A stretch of DNA of 64,000 nt from a virus, in the IMG/VR virus record IMGVR_UViG_3300035698_017497, positions 1 through 64,000 of that record, one strand, 5' to 3'. Each line of letters opens with the position of its first letter. Within the stretch, counting starts at the first letter, position 1. The notes beneath the pieces were generated by a model, which was given only the letters and a program-made list of their open reading frames with translations, was not told the DNA's origin and did not search any database. The position numbers were made by a program, and so were the translations under genes. Below are positions 19,630-30,555 of the stretch, one piece after another.

Positions 19630-21318
19630 ATGCCGATCAAGGCCACCGATTTTGCTCAGTCTGTATTTAGTGTAAATGGACATCCGCTTACTCTTCCGTA
19701 CGGAAGTATGAAGCATATATATCCTATCTATAATAGACCATCAAAAGCTAAGGTGTTCAAATTTGGTCGACAGACTCACAAGTCTACAACTATGGGATTC
19801 TTGCTATCGTTACCAATACTAAAATATAAAAGTTTTCATTCTTTGTACGTAGCGCCAACAGGTGGGCAGGTTTCAGTATTCTCAAGTGATAAGCTTAAGG
19901 GAGCATTATGTGATTCTGATGTAGTCACGAAGCATTATCGTGATGCCAGGATGATGGACAATGTAACATATAAAGAGTTGTCCAATGGCAGTAAGATATA
20001 TCTCAGATCAGCATACCACACTGCCGATGCCACACGTGGAATATCTGCCGACATGGTCGGGTTTGACGAGGTGCAGGATTTAGTGGCAGACCATATACCG
20101 GTTATCGAGCAATGTATGTCTCACAGCCTTCCTAAGTGGAGTCTGATGCATGATCGCGACTCTAGAATTCCTATGCATATCTTTAACTCAAAGATATATG
20201 CTGGGACTCCAAAGACTATGGAGAATACTCTTGAAAAGTATTGGAACGTGTCGTCTCAGAATGAATGGATTATAAAATGCGAGCATTGCAATAAATACAA
20301 CTTCCTTAACGAAAATAATATTGGTGCAGTTTGCCTTATTTGCAATAAATGCGGGAAGCCTATCTTCTATAGGAATGGGCAATGGATATCAATGCGATCC
20401 GAGAAGGTTGTTGCTGATGGATATAGAATGCCTCAGATTGCCGTGGATTGGGTTAATAATCCTAAGCATCCAGAGATATGGAAGACAAATGTTATCGATA
20501 CACAGTCCACTTATTCTATTGAAAAGTATCATAATGAGATACTCGCTTTGCCATATGCTAACGCTAGAAACCCATTAAACGAACACGATCTTCGCGGGGT
20601 GTGCAAGACTTACGAAATGTTTAATGAGGATGGCACCAGCAAGACCGGCAAAAAATATCAATTCCCGATGATTACAGCCGGCGTAGATTGGGGCAAAGGC
20701 GACACAATGTCTGGAGCATCATACTCTGTGTTGACCATAATAGCTCTTGTTAATGGTAGGCCTCAAGTTCTTTTAATGAAGAAGTATAAAGGTAGAATGA
20801 GCGAGCCTATTATACAAATAGAGGACATGCTAAAGATTATAACGTCTTTTAATTGCCAATTTGTGATAGCCGATATGGGTGATGGTCGCACATCTAACGC
20901 TATCATGGTAGATAAGCTTGGTGCTGGAAAATTTGCTGAACTGTATGAGCATGGAACACTTGGGACAAAGTTAAAGTGGAATGCTGTTTCTGGATATTAT
21001 ATAATCAACCGTACTCAGGTAATGACAGATCTCTTTATGGAGATATGCAGAGGGCAAGTAGAATTCTTTAGATGGCAAGATTTCAAAGAAGAGTTCTTGT
21101 CTGATTTTACCGGTATTTATGGCGAGTATAGTGAGCAGACCAGAATGACTAAGTATGACCACACGGTTCCTGATGATGCGTTCCATAGTTACATGTTTGC
21201 CAGGATAGCTCTTGGAATTAAGATGGGCGAGTACAATAAATATTTAGCTGCTAGTACTGAGAATACTCTATTGCCAGCAAATAGATCAGCAGGCGGAGCT
21301 TCTCCGCATTACGTGTAA
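19630..21318 (+). CDS. terL: terminase large subunit
   Basis: GRQTHKST Walker A-like, FDEVQD Walker B, GTP coupling motif, CxxC pairs, GVDWG and PDDAFHS nuclease motifs. Confidence 0.9.
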   Translation: MPIKATDFAQSVFSVNGHPLTLPYGSMKHIYPIYNRPSKAKVFKFGRQTHKSTTMGFLLSLPILKYKSFHSLYVAPTGGQVSVFSSDKLKGALCDSDVVTKHYRDARMMDNVTYKELSNGSKIYLRSAYHTADATRGISADMVGFDEVQDLVADHIPVIEQCMSHSLPKWSLMHDRDSRIPMHIFNSKIYAGTPKTMENTLEKYWNVSSQNEWIIKCEHCNKYNFLNENNIGAVCLICNKCGKPIFYRNGQWISMRSEKVVADGYRMPQIAVDWVNNPKHPEIWKTNVIDTQSTYSIEKYHNEILALPYANARNPLNEHDLRGVCKTYEMFNEDGTSKTGKKYQFPMITAGVDWGKGDTMSGASYSVLTIIALVNGRPQVLLMKKYKGRMSEPIIQIEDMLKIITSFNCQFVIADMGDGRTSNAIMVDKLGAGKFAELYEHGTLGTKLKWNAVSGYYIINRTQVMTDLFMEICRGQVEFFRWQDFKEEFLSDFTGIYGEYSEQTRMTKYDHTVPDDAFHSYMFARIALGIKMGEYNKYLAASTENTLLPANRSAGGASPHYV

Positions 21319-21344
21319 TGATATATATTATAGATGGAGGAATT

Positions 21345-21557
21345 ATGAAATTAAAATTTACAAAGATAGCAGAATCATTATTTGATTCAAGGAAGCCTTA
21401 CCCGCCAGTAGTGTTGGAGCAAAAGGTTGAAATTGAACAGAATAAAGCTTCTACAAAGGAAAAGTCCGGAGTAGGTGCTAACGCTACCCCGGTTGCAAGA
21501 CGTAATTACAATGTAGCTAAAAAATCTGGCGTAGCACAGATTAATGCTAGAGCTTAA
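21345..21557 (+). CDS. small hypothetical protein
   Basis: GGAGG RBS; TKIAE motif. Confidence 0.55.
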   Translation: MKLKFTKIAESLFDSRKPYPPVVLEQKVEIEQNKASTKEKSGVGANATPVARRNYNVAKKSGVAQINARA

Positions 21558-21952
21558 TTTACTGGAATCTTATCAGGGTTGATAGACATCTCTCTGTTTC
21601 CATCCAGTGTTATTATATTATTCCCGGCCGACTCGTCCTTATGTCTAGCATCTGCAAACTGAAGAATTTCCTGAACAGTCTGGTCAAATAAAGATTCATA
21701 CCATTCTATTGACTGTTGATGTTCAGATAGCTCGGCACTTCTAAACGTATGTATGAGGCCACGCTTCGTTTCCACTATAGCCGCGTATTCCATTCTTCCA
21801 GTATTGCCAGTATACACCAGCGCATCCTCAAACATTCTGGCTACTGAATGTTTAAAGAGTGTAGTTACAATCTCCTTAGGCTCGACTTTTGCATCTGGAT
21901 CAAGCACAGCGATCTTGATAACTTTTGAGAGGTTGTCGACACTATCACTCAT
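21554..21952 (-). CDS. hypothetical protein
   Basis: 132 aa, AGGA RBS. Confidence 0.6.
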   Translation of the reverse strand: MSDSVDNLSKVIKIAVLDPDAKVEPKEIVTTLFKHSVARMFEDALVYTGNTGRMEYAAIVETKRGLIHTFRSAELSEHQQSIEWYESLFDQTVQEILQFADARHKDESAGNNIITLDGNREMSINPDKIPVN

Positions 21953-22098
21953 AACAAGTTCCTTTCTTATAATAAAAGAATTACTTCCGTTGTGTTACAA
22001 TATATAATTATGTATATTGTAATACAATATGTATTTGCGATTAATATTGGCAAGTTCTATTTTATATGTTAGTTTACTTTTACTTAAGGTGAATACAT

Positions 22099-22944
22099 AT
22101 GTTAGGTGGTATTGAAAAAAATATTCGCGAACTAGCCTACAACACTGCTAAGGAGCACCTCACGTCCGGACAGGACATGAATGAGTACATCTATAATTTG
22201 TATGTTGCAGGTGACAAGATAGAAAATAACGAAATCCTTAAGAGAGTATGTGAGCTGGCTAATAACAATGTTTATATTGCGCTGTTTAAAAATCCTAAAA
22301 CTGATAGATCAAATATTACCTTTACCCTAGCGGACGCAAAGGGGATTATAGAAAAAATGAATAACAAAACAGTCTCTCCATCAAAAACAGTTGACTTCGA
22401 TTACATATCGGCACCTGTCAAGAAGCTAAATGTCAAGGTTGCCAGTTTTGAAATCGAAAAGACTGCCTCTGAGTTCGACGCTAGCTTGAAGAAAATTGCA
22501 ACAGTTCACAAGCTTGAACGTGGAATGAGTTGCTTAGTAAATATGGTAAGTGGGCTTGAGTGTGTCAAGACAGCTTCAGAGAATCGCATGTACGACATAA
22601 TAGGCCGTCTATCGGAGATAGGTGCAGGAATTACAAGCAACCGAGAATCTCTTGGCGATATGACTAAGATTGCTATGAAATCCGTAAAAGATAATTATGG
22701 CAAAGAAGGTGTGGAGAAGATTGCTAAGGTTTGCGATTATGTAATGCGTGAAGTTAAAGCTAGAGGGTTTAATATCTCTACAGATATCACTAAACTATCT
22801 TCTAGTAATATCGATGTGGATGGAGAGCTGTATAAGCTTTCTAATGAATTCAATCTCGAGACTGAAAAGATTGCTGCATGCAAAAAGATAATTACCGGAG
22901 CAGGCTGCCGCATTGAACTTATCAAAAAAGCTACTAGATCATAA
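22099..22944 (+). CDS. putative head-associated protein
   Basis: many K-x-A motifs; head gene cluster. Confidence 0.65.
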   Translation: MLGGIEKNIRELAYNTAKEHLTSGQDMNEYIYNLYVAGDKIENNEILKRVCELANNNVYIALFKNPKTDRSNITFTLADAKGIIEKMNNKTVSPSKTVDFDYISAPVKKLNVKVASFEIEKTASEFDASLKKIATVHKLERGMSCLVNMVSGLECVKTASENRMYDIIGRLSEIGAGITSNRESLGDMTKIAMKSVKDNYGKEGVEKIAKVCDYVMREVKARGFNISTDITKLSSSNIDVDGELYKLSNEFNLETEKIAACKKIITGAGCRIELIKKATRS

Positions 22945-23255
22945 TGTCATCAACAGCTATACTAGTAGGATTTAAGCGTGGAGCAAGAAGGTTTGGATCA
23001 AATGTGGCTAGATTAAGAAGCTCAAGAAGACTTGGACAGGCTGCAAAAGGTGTAGCTGGACTTGGTGTTGCTGGGACTGGAATTGCCGCATATTCAGGAA
23101 TAAGTTCACGTGGAAAAGTTAAGCCTGGAAGCTATCGCGAACATCTCAGGAACAATGTATTGGCAGGCAAAATTCAGCTTAATGAATTAAGTCCAAAAGA
23201 TCTTAGAAGCGTTCGTAGCACTAAAATTTTTAAAAAGATTACAAAAAATGGATAA
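22944..23255 (+). CDS. basic Gly/Ala-rich putative internal virion protein
   Basis: translationally coupled; hydrophobic GA segment. Confidence 0.6.
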   Translation: MSSTAILVGFKRGARRFGSNVARLRSSRRLGQAAKGVAGLGVAGTGIAAYSGISSRGKVKPGSYREHLRNNVLAGKIQLNELSPKDLRSVRSTKIFKKITKNG

Positions 23256-23484
23256 CATAAATTTAAAAGCATTTAAGAGAAGTTTAGAAAAAACAGCGTA
23301 TATCTCACAGGCTATAATGGCTTTTGATGCCTTGTCAACATTTGGCGAATCATCAAAGAAGTATAAAGGATTATCAAGCAGTACACTTAAAAGAAATCCT
23401 GCAGCCATTGCTATGAATAAAAAGAAATTTTTTAATAGAAACCTTGGGCGTAGTGGCTATGCTGCTACCAGATCATTCTTTTAG
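23248..23484 (+). CDS. small basic protein
   Basis: EKTAY motif; operon overlap. Confidence 0.55.
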   Translation: MDNINLKAFKRSLEKTAYISQAIMAFDALSTFGESSKKYKGLSSSTLKRNPAAIAMNKKKFFNRNLGRSGYAATRSFF

Positions 23485-23494
23485 GAGACGGCAA

Positions 23495-23986
23495 ATGGCT
23501 AAGTCATCAATTTTAAAAGCAGTAAAACTAAAAGCTCTTTCATCTTCTCTTGGAAAAGCTCTTAGAACAAAACAGAGTAGAGCTGCAGCAAACAAAGCTA
23601 CAAAGGCTGCTATTAAAGGCGCAACTCCATACATACTTGGGGCCGGATTTGTAGGATCGGCAGTTACCGAAAGTATCATTCAGCCTCTTGCTACGAAAGC
23701 CAATCTAATGACTTCTCGTAATAATTTAAAGAAGTACAATCCGGCATTAGCAAATGTAGACGATACCGTAATAGATAACTATTTTGGTGTCATCAAAACA
23801 TACTCCCCAAATACTGCTAAAAATCCAATTGTAGCTGGAGCTCTCATCAACAAAATGATTGAGTTTGGCGGAGTAGATCACAACCTGGTCAAGGATATGG
23901 TTAGCATTGAGAAAAATGTAGCTACCGAGAGAACTACTCGTGGAGCAGCTGCAAGTAATATTGGTAAATTAATCGACTTTGGATAA
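23495..23986 (+). CDS. putative internal virion protein
   Basis: AGGAG RBS; hydrophobic segment; P..AKNPIVAG motif. Confidence 0.6.
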   Translation: MAKSSILKAVKLKALSSSLGKALRTKQSRAAANKATKAAIKGATPYILGAGFVGSAVTESIIQPLATKANLMTSRNNLKKYNPALANVDDTVIDNYFGVIKTYSPNTAKNPIVAGALINKMIEFGGVDHNLVKDMVSIEKNVATERTTRGAAASNIGKLIDFG

Positions 23987-23997
23987 GGTTATATATA

Positions 23998-24339
23998 ATG
24001 GAAAAGATCGCTACTATTAGCCCAAGAGTAAAATGGCTTGCTAGAAAAGCTATAGATTCTGCCAAGGGGCTACGTGGCCCCGGTAAGTCTATTCTTTTAT
24101 TTGGCGCTGGAGCTGCCACATATAAGGCTGCAGTTAAACTTAACGATACCGCCAACAATACTATCGGAGCCAGGCATCTTTTTGCTGAGTCACGCAAGAA
24201 GGGTCAGTTTAATAGCCAGATAAAACTATTGAAACAAATAGCCGAAAATGGCAAGGCGGCAAATGCTGAAGTGAAGATAGATCCTAACTTCCATTTCATA
24301 CCTGTAAAGAACATGCTCAAACGCGAACCGATAGCTTAA
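23998..24339 (+). CDS. basic putative internal virion protein
   Basis: starts MEKIA. Confidence 0.6.
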   Translation: MEKIATISPRVKWLARKAIDSAKGLRGPGKSILLFGAGAATYKAAVKLNDTANNTIGARHLFAESRKKGQFNSQIKLLKQIAENGKAANAEVKIDPNFHFIPVKNMLKREPIA

Positions 24340-24351
24340 GGGAATAAGATT

Positions 24352-27300
24352 ATGGTTAAGTATGTAGAATTTATGCGCTACGATGATCATGGTGAGCACA
24401 TCACTCCTGTTAATGACATGGAAAAGCTTGAGAAGACTGCTTCCAGAAAATATTCAGATACCATACTCAAATTCGTGTCAAATCTCAAGAAGCGTGATGA
24501 TAAATACTATGTAGTTATCAACGCCATGGGCGCTGAAGAGTTTTGGGGCGCTAATAATAATGGCGATGAGTTTCCTCAATCAGAACTTGACCATGTTGCA
24601 CTTCAGAGTGACGCTGGGACAGATAATGATTATGGCCACAAGACCTTCGAGTATTATGCTAAGTTTTACAAGCATCACGTTAATAAGAACCCGCTCAATT
24701 CCTTTGGAGATGTACTGCTATCCTATTGGAATCCGGAGAATAAGCGCGTTGAACTTGTAGTCGCTATTGATCGGTTCAAAGCTAAAGATATAGTAAAGCA
24801 ACTCGAATCAGCCGAAGATGTAAGTGTCTCAATGGGATGCTTTACTGATCCTAACTTTCCGGTACTAACTCGCAATGGTTACATTTCAATATCAGAGGTC
24901 AAGGTTGGCGATGAAGTCTTTACTCATAAAAAGCAATGGAAGAAAGTTACTGAACTTCACAGAAGAAAGTATACTGGGGATGTCCATAATATAAAATTTA
25001 GAGGACTAGCACTCCCGGTCGAAGTTACAGCAGACCATCCATTCATGGTTAAGATTTTCGAATCAGAAAGTAAAGACAAGGATAGGGCTTTTACTAACGA
25101 TGACGATTTTAACAAAGTTGAATTTGATTGGGCTCATGCTAACCATATAGAGAAATGGGACCACGTTGAATACATACCATGTGAATACGAAAATAATAAA
25201 TACGCATCTATAGGAGACGCCAGGCTTGCTAAAATTATGGGTTACTATCTAGCCGAGGGATCCTTCACTTATAATAATAAAAAGCCTGCAGTTGTTCAAT
25301 TGACATGTCATATAGATGACGAAATGGTAAGAATTGCTCCAAAAGTTATAGGTGAAATGTTTCCAGATGTAATGTGTAGTGTCGTCCCGCACCCAAACTC
25401 GAAATGTAGCGTTGTTGTAAATTTCTTTTCAACAAAGCTCGCATGTTTTTTGAAAAACTTTATTAAATCTGGGAGCAAGAGTAAGGTCATACCACCAGAA
25501 ATCTTTGTATCATCTAAAGATGTAAAATTATCTTTCCTTGGAGCATGGTTGAGTGGCGACGGATTCTGTGATAAAAAAGGTGTTCACTGGTCAACTGCCA
25601 GTCTAAACCTAGTACTGCAAGGGCGCGACTTATTGATGAGCTGTGGAATACCGTCGTCTATATATAAGAATATCCATAAAGCTGGCAGCGGGTTTAGCAA
25701 TACTGACACTACAGAGTATGTATTAAACATATCTCACATGGATGCTGAGCCTCTAGTAGAACACTCTGAGATGAAGCTGTCTAAATTGTCAGAAATAATA
25801 TCTGAAAGAGTAAAGGCTGGTAACTCCGCTATAAAGATAAATTCTGATAGTACTTATTCGTACAGCGTTAAATCTGTCGAAGTTAGAAGTGTCGAAGACG
25901 TAGTAGTGTATAACTTTGAAGTTGATAGTGATGAGTCGTATATAGCTGGAGGGCTAGTTAGTCATAACTGTCGTGTTAAGTACGATGTTTGCAAGATCTG
26001 CGGCAATAAGGCACGTAAAAAGTCTGAGTACTGCAAGCATATAAAAAATCATCTTAGGCAGATAATAGACAAAGATTTAGCAAGGCAATGGTCGAAAGAG
26101 CTTGGGAAAACTATTCTCCCTGGAACTAGAGTTACGATGATTAATATCAGGCCACGCTTTTTTGATATATCATATGTATACATTCCTGCTGATAAAATAG
26201 GATTTGTCTTGGGCAAAGTTGCGCATGAAGGAGATATTACAATGTCTGTTGATGTTGCAGATGCGTTATGTGTAACTGATAGCGATGTAGAGAAAGTTGC
26301 TGTGTTACTTAAGAAGAGCGAGATAGACAAAAGAATAACACCTTCTCCATCATCGCCAGAAGGTAAGATGTTTTCAGCTGATAGATTGATTAAATTAAAG
26401 AAAATTATAGACGAGGAAGCCGATAAGCAAGTTGAGAGCGAAGACGATATTCCTAAAGAGATTCTTAATCTGATTGCTAAGACTAGAGGCGAATCAGGAG
26501 CTATTGGAACATTGGATACGCTTGGGGTAGCTATTCGACCAAAGGAGCTGCAGAGAATAGTTCTTGTCTCAAGAGGCAATGAGGCGCTGGCTGATGACTT
26601 AGAACGTAGAGGTATCTTCTTTGATAATGTGGATTACCCAGAAAACTTTGCTCCATCGATTCCTAGTATGAATTTCGACAACAGTCTAATGTCAATACTT
26701 TCAAGAGTTGTTCCAGGTAGAAGCTCTCTTCCTCCTTTTATGACTCCAGAGCGTAGATCTCAGATTGTTATTATAAAGACTGCAGCTCAGGCTAAAACCG
26801 AATACGATACATCCGATGCTTTGGTTGCGAAAAGATCGCTACCCATACTTGCAGCAATAGCCGCTATATATATGGGGCTAAGATCTAAAGCTGGAGACAA
26901 GTCTATAGGAAATATGATGATAGATGCAGCGTCTAATCCTGCGACTGCTGCGCTAATAGGCGGAGGTGTTCTTTACAGTGCAGCTAAACATAATGCTAAA
27001 AATAAATTACCAGACGAGTTCTTTGTGCCTGCATCGGTATATGAACATGCATTCCAGGGAACTGAGTTTTCTGGCCATGTGAAGCAGGCCTCAATGTCAT
27101 CGTCTATTAAAAGAATACTTGGCAGTGAAGGTTTTAAGACTGGACTTAGAGCCACTAAGGGCGCAACAATAGCCTCAGTGGTAGCATTTCCGCTAGCTCA
27201 TCTCATCTCATCTTATAATAGAAGTAGCATTATACAGAAGGGTAAACCTGCAGGAGTACTGGCACATTCTGTTGATCCTGTAAAAACCCCAATATCTATA

Positions 27301-27369
27301 GCTGCTCTGGCTGGTGTTGGTGCAGCTTTATTAGGCAAACGTAAACCTCGAAAAATATTGCGCTTCTAA
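24352..27369 (+). CDS. putative prohead protease / head maturation protein containing an intein
   Basis: N.NGD.F, HH, VSMGC motifs, then CKIC...CKH; upstream of scaffold and capsid genes. Confidence 0.65.
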   Translation: MVKYVEFMRYDDHGEHITPVNDMEKLEKTASRKYSDTILKFVSNLKKRDDKYYVVINAMGAEEFWGANNNGDEFPQSELDHVALQSDAGTDNDYGHKTFEYYAKFYKHHVNKNPLNSFGDVLLSYWNPENKRVELVVAIDRFKAKDIVKQLESAEDVSVSMGCFTDPNFPVLTRNGYISISEVKVGDEVFTHKKQWKKVTELHRRKYTGDVHNIKFRGLALPVEVTADHPFMVKIFESESKDKDRAFTNDDDFNKVEFDWAHANHIEKWDHVEYIPCEYENNKYASIGDARLAKIMGYYLAEGSFTYNNKKPAVVQLTCHIDDEMVRIAPKVIGEMFPDVMCSVVPHPNSKCSVVVNFFSTKLACFLKNFIKSGSKSKVIPPEIFVSSKDVKLSFLGAWLSGDGFCDKKGVHWSTASLNLVLQGRDLLMSCGIPSSIYKNIHKAGSGFSNTDTTEYVLNISHMDAEPLVEHSEMKLSKLSEIISERVKAGNSAIKINSDSTYSYSVKSVEVRSVEDVVVYNFEVDSDESYIAGGLVSHNCRVKYDVCKICGNKARKKSEYCKHIKNHLRQIIDKDLARQWSKELGKTILPGTRVTMINIRPRFFDISYVYIPADKIGFVLGKVAHEGDITMSVDVADALCVTDSDVEKVAVLLKKSEIDKRITPSPSSPEGKMFSADRLIKLKKIIDEEADKQVESEDDIPKEILNLIAKTRGESGAIGTLDTLGVAIRPKELQRIVLVSRGNEALADDLERRGIFFDNVDYPENFAPSIPSMNFDNSLMSILSRVVPGRSSLPPFMTPERRSQIVIIKTAAQAKTEYDTSDALVAKRSLPILAAIAAIYMGLRSKAGDKSIGNMMIDAASNPATAALIGGGVLYSAAKHNAKNKLPDEFFVPASVYEHAFQGTEFSGHVKQASMSSSIKRILGSEGFKTGLRATKGATIASVVAFPLAHLISSYNRSSIIQKGKPAGVLAHSVDPVKTPISIAALAGVGAALLGKRKPRKILRF
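24838..25968 (+). mobile_element. intein with LAGLIDADG homing endonuclease (377 aa)
   Basis: begins C-FTDPNFPV; block B VTADHPF; GYYLAEG and FLGAWLSGDG; ends VYNFEV...SHN, followed by Cys+1. Confidence 0.92.
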
Positions 27370-27445
27370 TATGCAATAGTTATTTTAATAATTATAAGTT
27401 TGTAAATTTAAATTTTACCGTTTCACTATTTTTAAGGAGATAGAT

Positions 27446-28279
27446 ATGAGTTCTTTCGACAACCACCTTGAAGCTGTAATTGCTGGCAATGAAAAAACTG
27501 CTAGCGTTAATAGCGTTGTTGGTGACGACCTGCTTGCAAAACTCGCTGCCGAAGTACTTGGCTACGATCAAGAGGGTGCTGCTGCAAATGGTCAGGCTGC
27601 ACAACTCCCAAAAGCTGAAAATCATGTAAGCGAAATAGAGGCTGGATCCGCAAACCCCACTGTTGGCGCAAGCGCTGAGATGACATCTGCTATGGATGCT
27701 GTTGTTACTCCGGCTATCGCTGTTGCCGGTGCTGATATTGCTGCTATAGAAGCTGGCGAAGCTCCTGCTGCAGTTGTTGATTCTGGTGATGCTGCCACAA
27801 TTGGAACAGGAATACCTTCCGACGCTAAGCTCAAAAAAGAAATGGGCCTTGCTGCTGATCAGATCAAAGAAGCTCACCTTATTGGTGATGTAATTGCACA
27901 GAGTTTTTCAGAATCTCTTGAGAAACAGGCTTCAGACGAAGCTTATTCAGATTCTCTCGAGCTTCTTAAAGAAGCTGGACTTCTTGATAGCTATGTTATC
28001 CAAGACGAAGGTGTTGAGAAAGTTGCTTCCGAGCAGGTATCTGGACTTGAGAAAATCGCAGAAATGAAGGAGCTTAGTCATCAAGATATTATCAACGCTG
28101 CTTCTGAGTATGTTGATTATGTCAAAACTGCTTCAGAGATTGAAGTTGAAGCTCGCGAAGATGCACGTGCTGATGCTGCTCAGTCTTATGCAGACGATGC
28201 TATTGTTAAAGAAGCTTCACAGAAACCTGAAGTTGTAGAAGCTGTTAAAGTTCTTAAAGCAAACGGAATCATATCTTAA
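27446..28279 (+). CDS. acidic scaffold-like head protein
   Basis: Ala/Glu-rich; many K-x-AS motifs. Confidence 0.6.
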   Translation: MSSFDNHLEAVIAGNEKTASVNSVVGDDLLAKLAAEVLGYDQEGAAANGQAAQLPKAENHVSEIEAGSANPTVGASAEMTSAMDAVVTPAIAVAGADIAAIEAGEAPAAVVDSGDAATIGTGIPSDAKLKKEMGLAADQIKEAHLIGDVIAQSFSESLEKQASDEAYSDSLELLKEAGLLDSYVIQDEGVEKVASEQVSGLEKIAEMKELSHQDIINAASEYVDYVKTASEIEVEAREDARADAAQSYADDAIVKEASQKPEVVEAVKVLKANGIIS

Positions 28280-28280
28280 T

Positions 28281-28724
28281 ATGAGCCGCTTGAATCTTAA
28301 CAAGCTGATAAGTGAGTTGACTAACGGTCAGTGTGAGAAAATTGCTTCTCATACTGATCAGTCATCCAAGAATGTTTTGGATGCGTTGGAGAAGACGGCT
28401 TCGTCTAACAATCCCGCATTCAGCGAAATATCAAAAATTGCTTCAGTTCTCATTCGTCAACTTGTTTCAAAGAATGAGATGATGGAGAAGAGCGCTGATG
28501 TTAAAGAGTTGCTCGACGACATGATTTCCAGCGGTCTAGTTGGAGATAGTGATGTTGAAAAAAAAGCATCTGAATTATTAAACAAGAGCCATGACGAATT
28601 GGCTATAATCCGTGAGGCTATAAAACTAGCTTCAGGAAATAGGTCCGGGGAAAGTATCTTTGAAGATACCTCAAGCGGCCAAGAGTTTTCTTCTGAACGC
28701 GGCATGTTCAATTCAATAATGTAA
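28281..28724 (+). CDS. scaffold-like head protein
   Basis: helical; K-x-AS motifs. Confidence 0.55.
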   Translation: MSRLNLNKLISELTNGQCEKIASHTDQSSKNVLDALEKTASSNNPAFSEISKIASVLIRQLVSKNEMMEKSADVKELLDDMISSGLVGDSDVEKKASELLNKSHDELAIIREAIKLASGNRSGESIFEDTSSGQEFSSERGMFNSIM

Positions 28725-28760
28725 ATATTTTTTTAACTATTTAAGAAAGAGGACAACCTT

Positions 28761-29222
28761 ATGTTAGATATTAGAACTCCTTATACCAAGCTTTTCCGTA
28801 GATCTTACCCAACAGCTTTCGATATTTCCGGACTCGTTACTGGACAGTGGGTCAAAGTTGTTGCAGGTATCGCAGCAGTTATCGAGACTGGTGATGATGT
28901 TGCAGCTATGCAGCTTAAAATGGTAATTTCCAAAGTAAGTGACAATTCATATGAAGGTCATGACACTACTCCAGCTGGAACCATAACAGTTATCGATGAT
29001 TTCGGTGCAGAGTATCTTACTGATACTGACGGAGCTCTCGCAGCTGTTGCTGAAGGCGACTGGCTTACAGTTGGATCGACTGAAAACGTTGATCTTGGAA
29101 TCCTTAGAAAAGCCCTTACCACTGAGCAGGTTGTTGCTCGTTGCGTTAAGAGCTCGACCGCTGGAAAAGAGATTCAGATTGTTTCTCCTTTCGTTTACTA
29201 CATTGTAGTACCTATAACATAA
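28761..29222 (+). CDS. putative head decoration/cement protein
   Basis: beta-rich 153 aa directly upstream of the capsid gene. Confidence 0.55.
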   Translation: MLDIRTPYTKLFRRSYPTAFDISGLVTGQWVKVVAGIAAVIETGDDVAAMQLKMVISKVSDNSYEGHDTTPAGTITVIDDFGAEYLTDTDGALAAVAEGDWLTVGSTENVDLGILRKALTTEQVVARCVKSSTAGKEIQIVSPFVYYIVVPIT

Positions 29223-29249
29223 TAGCAATATCTTGCGGTACATATTTAT

Positions 29250-29280
29250 TAAGGGCGATTTTCGGATCGCCCTTTTTTAT
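29250..29280 (+). terminator. intrinsic terminator
   Basis: AAGGGCGAT-TTTCGG-ATCGCCCTT followed by a T-run. Confidence 0.8.
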
Positions 29281-29379
29281 TTGCAGTACAATGTAACATA
29301 AATTATATTTATAAGTAGTTAATTTGCCGGCGTGGTGCCGGATTCTTGCTTTCAATAAATTTCTAAAGGGGATTTAATT

Positions 29380-30405
29380 ATGCCTATCAGCGATCTTTCG
29401 ATCATTGAACACAATCAGAAATTTGTCGATATGCTTGAGAAGAATGCATCCGATGTTCGTGAAGCAGGACGTAATTTCCTGAAAACCGAACTTCAGGAGA
29501 GTGCGTTTTCGCGTGCTGTCATTCCTCAGGAGCCTATCACAGTTACTGATTGTAACACAAATATCAATGACGATTCACTTTATGTGATTCGTGACATTGA
29601 GCCTGATGCAGAAGCTGTAAGTGTTGATAATGTTGGTGAACCTGACGGTAAATACGTCAATGGATCACGTTACATTATTCCAATCGTTAACTTTGCCACA
29701 AAACGCCAGCAGATCACAGTTGAAGATCTTCGTGCATATCGTTACAAAGTTACAAAACGTATCGAAGATAAGACAGTCCCTGTCCTTGAAGAACTCGAAG
29801 ACAGATTGTTCCTTCGCCTTGCTGGAGCTGCTGTAACTACCAATACTCTTGGATCTACAGCTAAAAAAGCTCTTCTTGGAACCAACACTACCGGTGCTGA
29901 TGGCCTCTACCTTCACGAAAAAGATTTCGTGAAACTGAAAAACACTCTCGCTTCCGGTATTTCCGGTGCAGACACTAAGAGAAAAGAAGTTGGATGTCTT
30001 CTGATGACTCAGGAAACATACAACACTGCAGTTTCTCTTCCTGGTGCTGGAGATGATTTCGGTAAAGACAGAGTTCTTAATGGCGTTACTTCTGATATCC
30101 TTTACGGGAACAAGATTGTAACAACTATTAAGAGCAACATCCTTCCACAGGGACATGTCTGGGCTTTCACTACTCCTGATTTCCTTGGTCACAACTTTGC
30201 TCTCGGAGAACCTTCTTTTGAAATTAAGAAAGAGTTCAATCTTATCGAGTGGCAGGCACGTGAATCAATCGGTCTTGGAATCGGTAATGCACTCTCAGTT
30301 GCCCTGTTGACTCTTGTCGATTCTGCTACTGCCATCGCTACTGATGGTACAGTTGCATCTGCTGTTTCAGCTTACTACGCAGCTTTACGTCTGGCTACTT
30401 CGTAA
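29380..30405 (+). CDS. major capsid protein
   Basis: 341 aa, highly biased codons, HK97-like layout (EELED.LF, C-terminal ESIGLGIGN), position in head module. Confidence 0.75.
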   Translation: MPISDLSIIEHNQKFVDMLEKNASDVREAGRNFLKTELQESAFSRAVIPQEPITVTDCNTNINDDSLYVIRDIEPDAEAVSVDNVGEPDGKYVNGSRYIIPIVNFATKRQQITVEDLRAYRYKVTKRIEDKTVPVLEELEDRLFLRLAGAAVTTNTLGSTAKKALLGTNTTGADGLYLHEKDFVKLKNTLASGISGADTKRKEVGCLLMTQETYNTAVSLPGAGDDFGKDRVLNGVTSDILYGNKIVTTIKSNILPQGHVWAFTTPDFLGHNFALGEPSFEIKKEFNLIEWQARESIGLGIGNALSVALLTLVDSATAIATDGTVASAVSAYYAALRLATS

Positions 30406-30431
30406 GTCTAATATCAGTATATATACAAATT

Positions 30432-30464
30432 AAGGCCAGTTCTTTTTAGAGCTGGTCTTTTTTT
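30432..30464 (+). terminator. intrinsic terminator
   Basis: AAGGCCAGTTCT/AGAGCTGGTCTT followed by a T-run. Confidence 0.75.
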
Positions 30465-30555
30465 ATATCATTATAGCACTATCATACTTGTAGAATCTGT
30501 AGGATTATATTATTTTTATACTATATCATTTTTTATTAAACGAAAGGGTTTAAGT

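Noticed and set aside
29621-30192. Antisense or alternate-frame ORFs inside the capsid and other long genes
   Set aside because: Shadow ORFs caused by codon bias of the real genes; no RBS or motifs.
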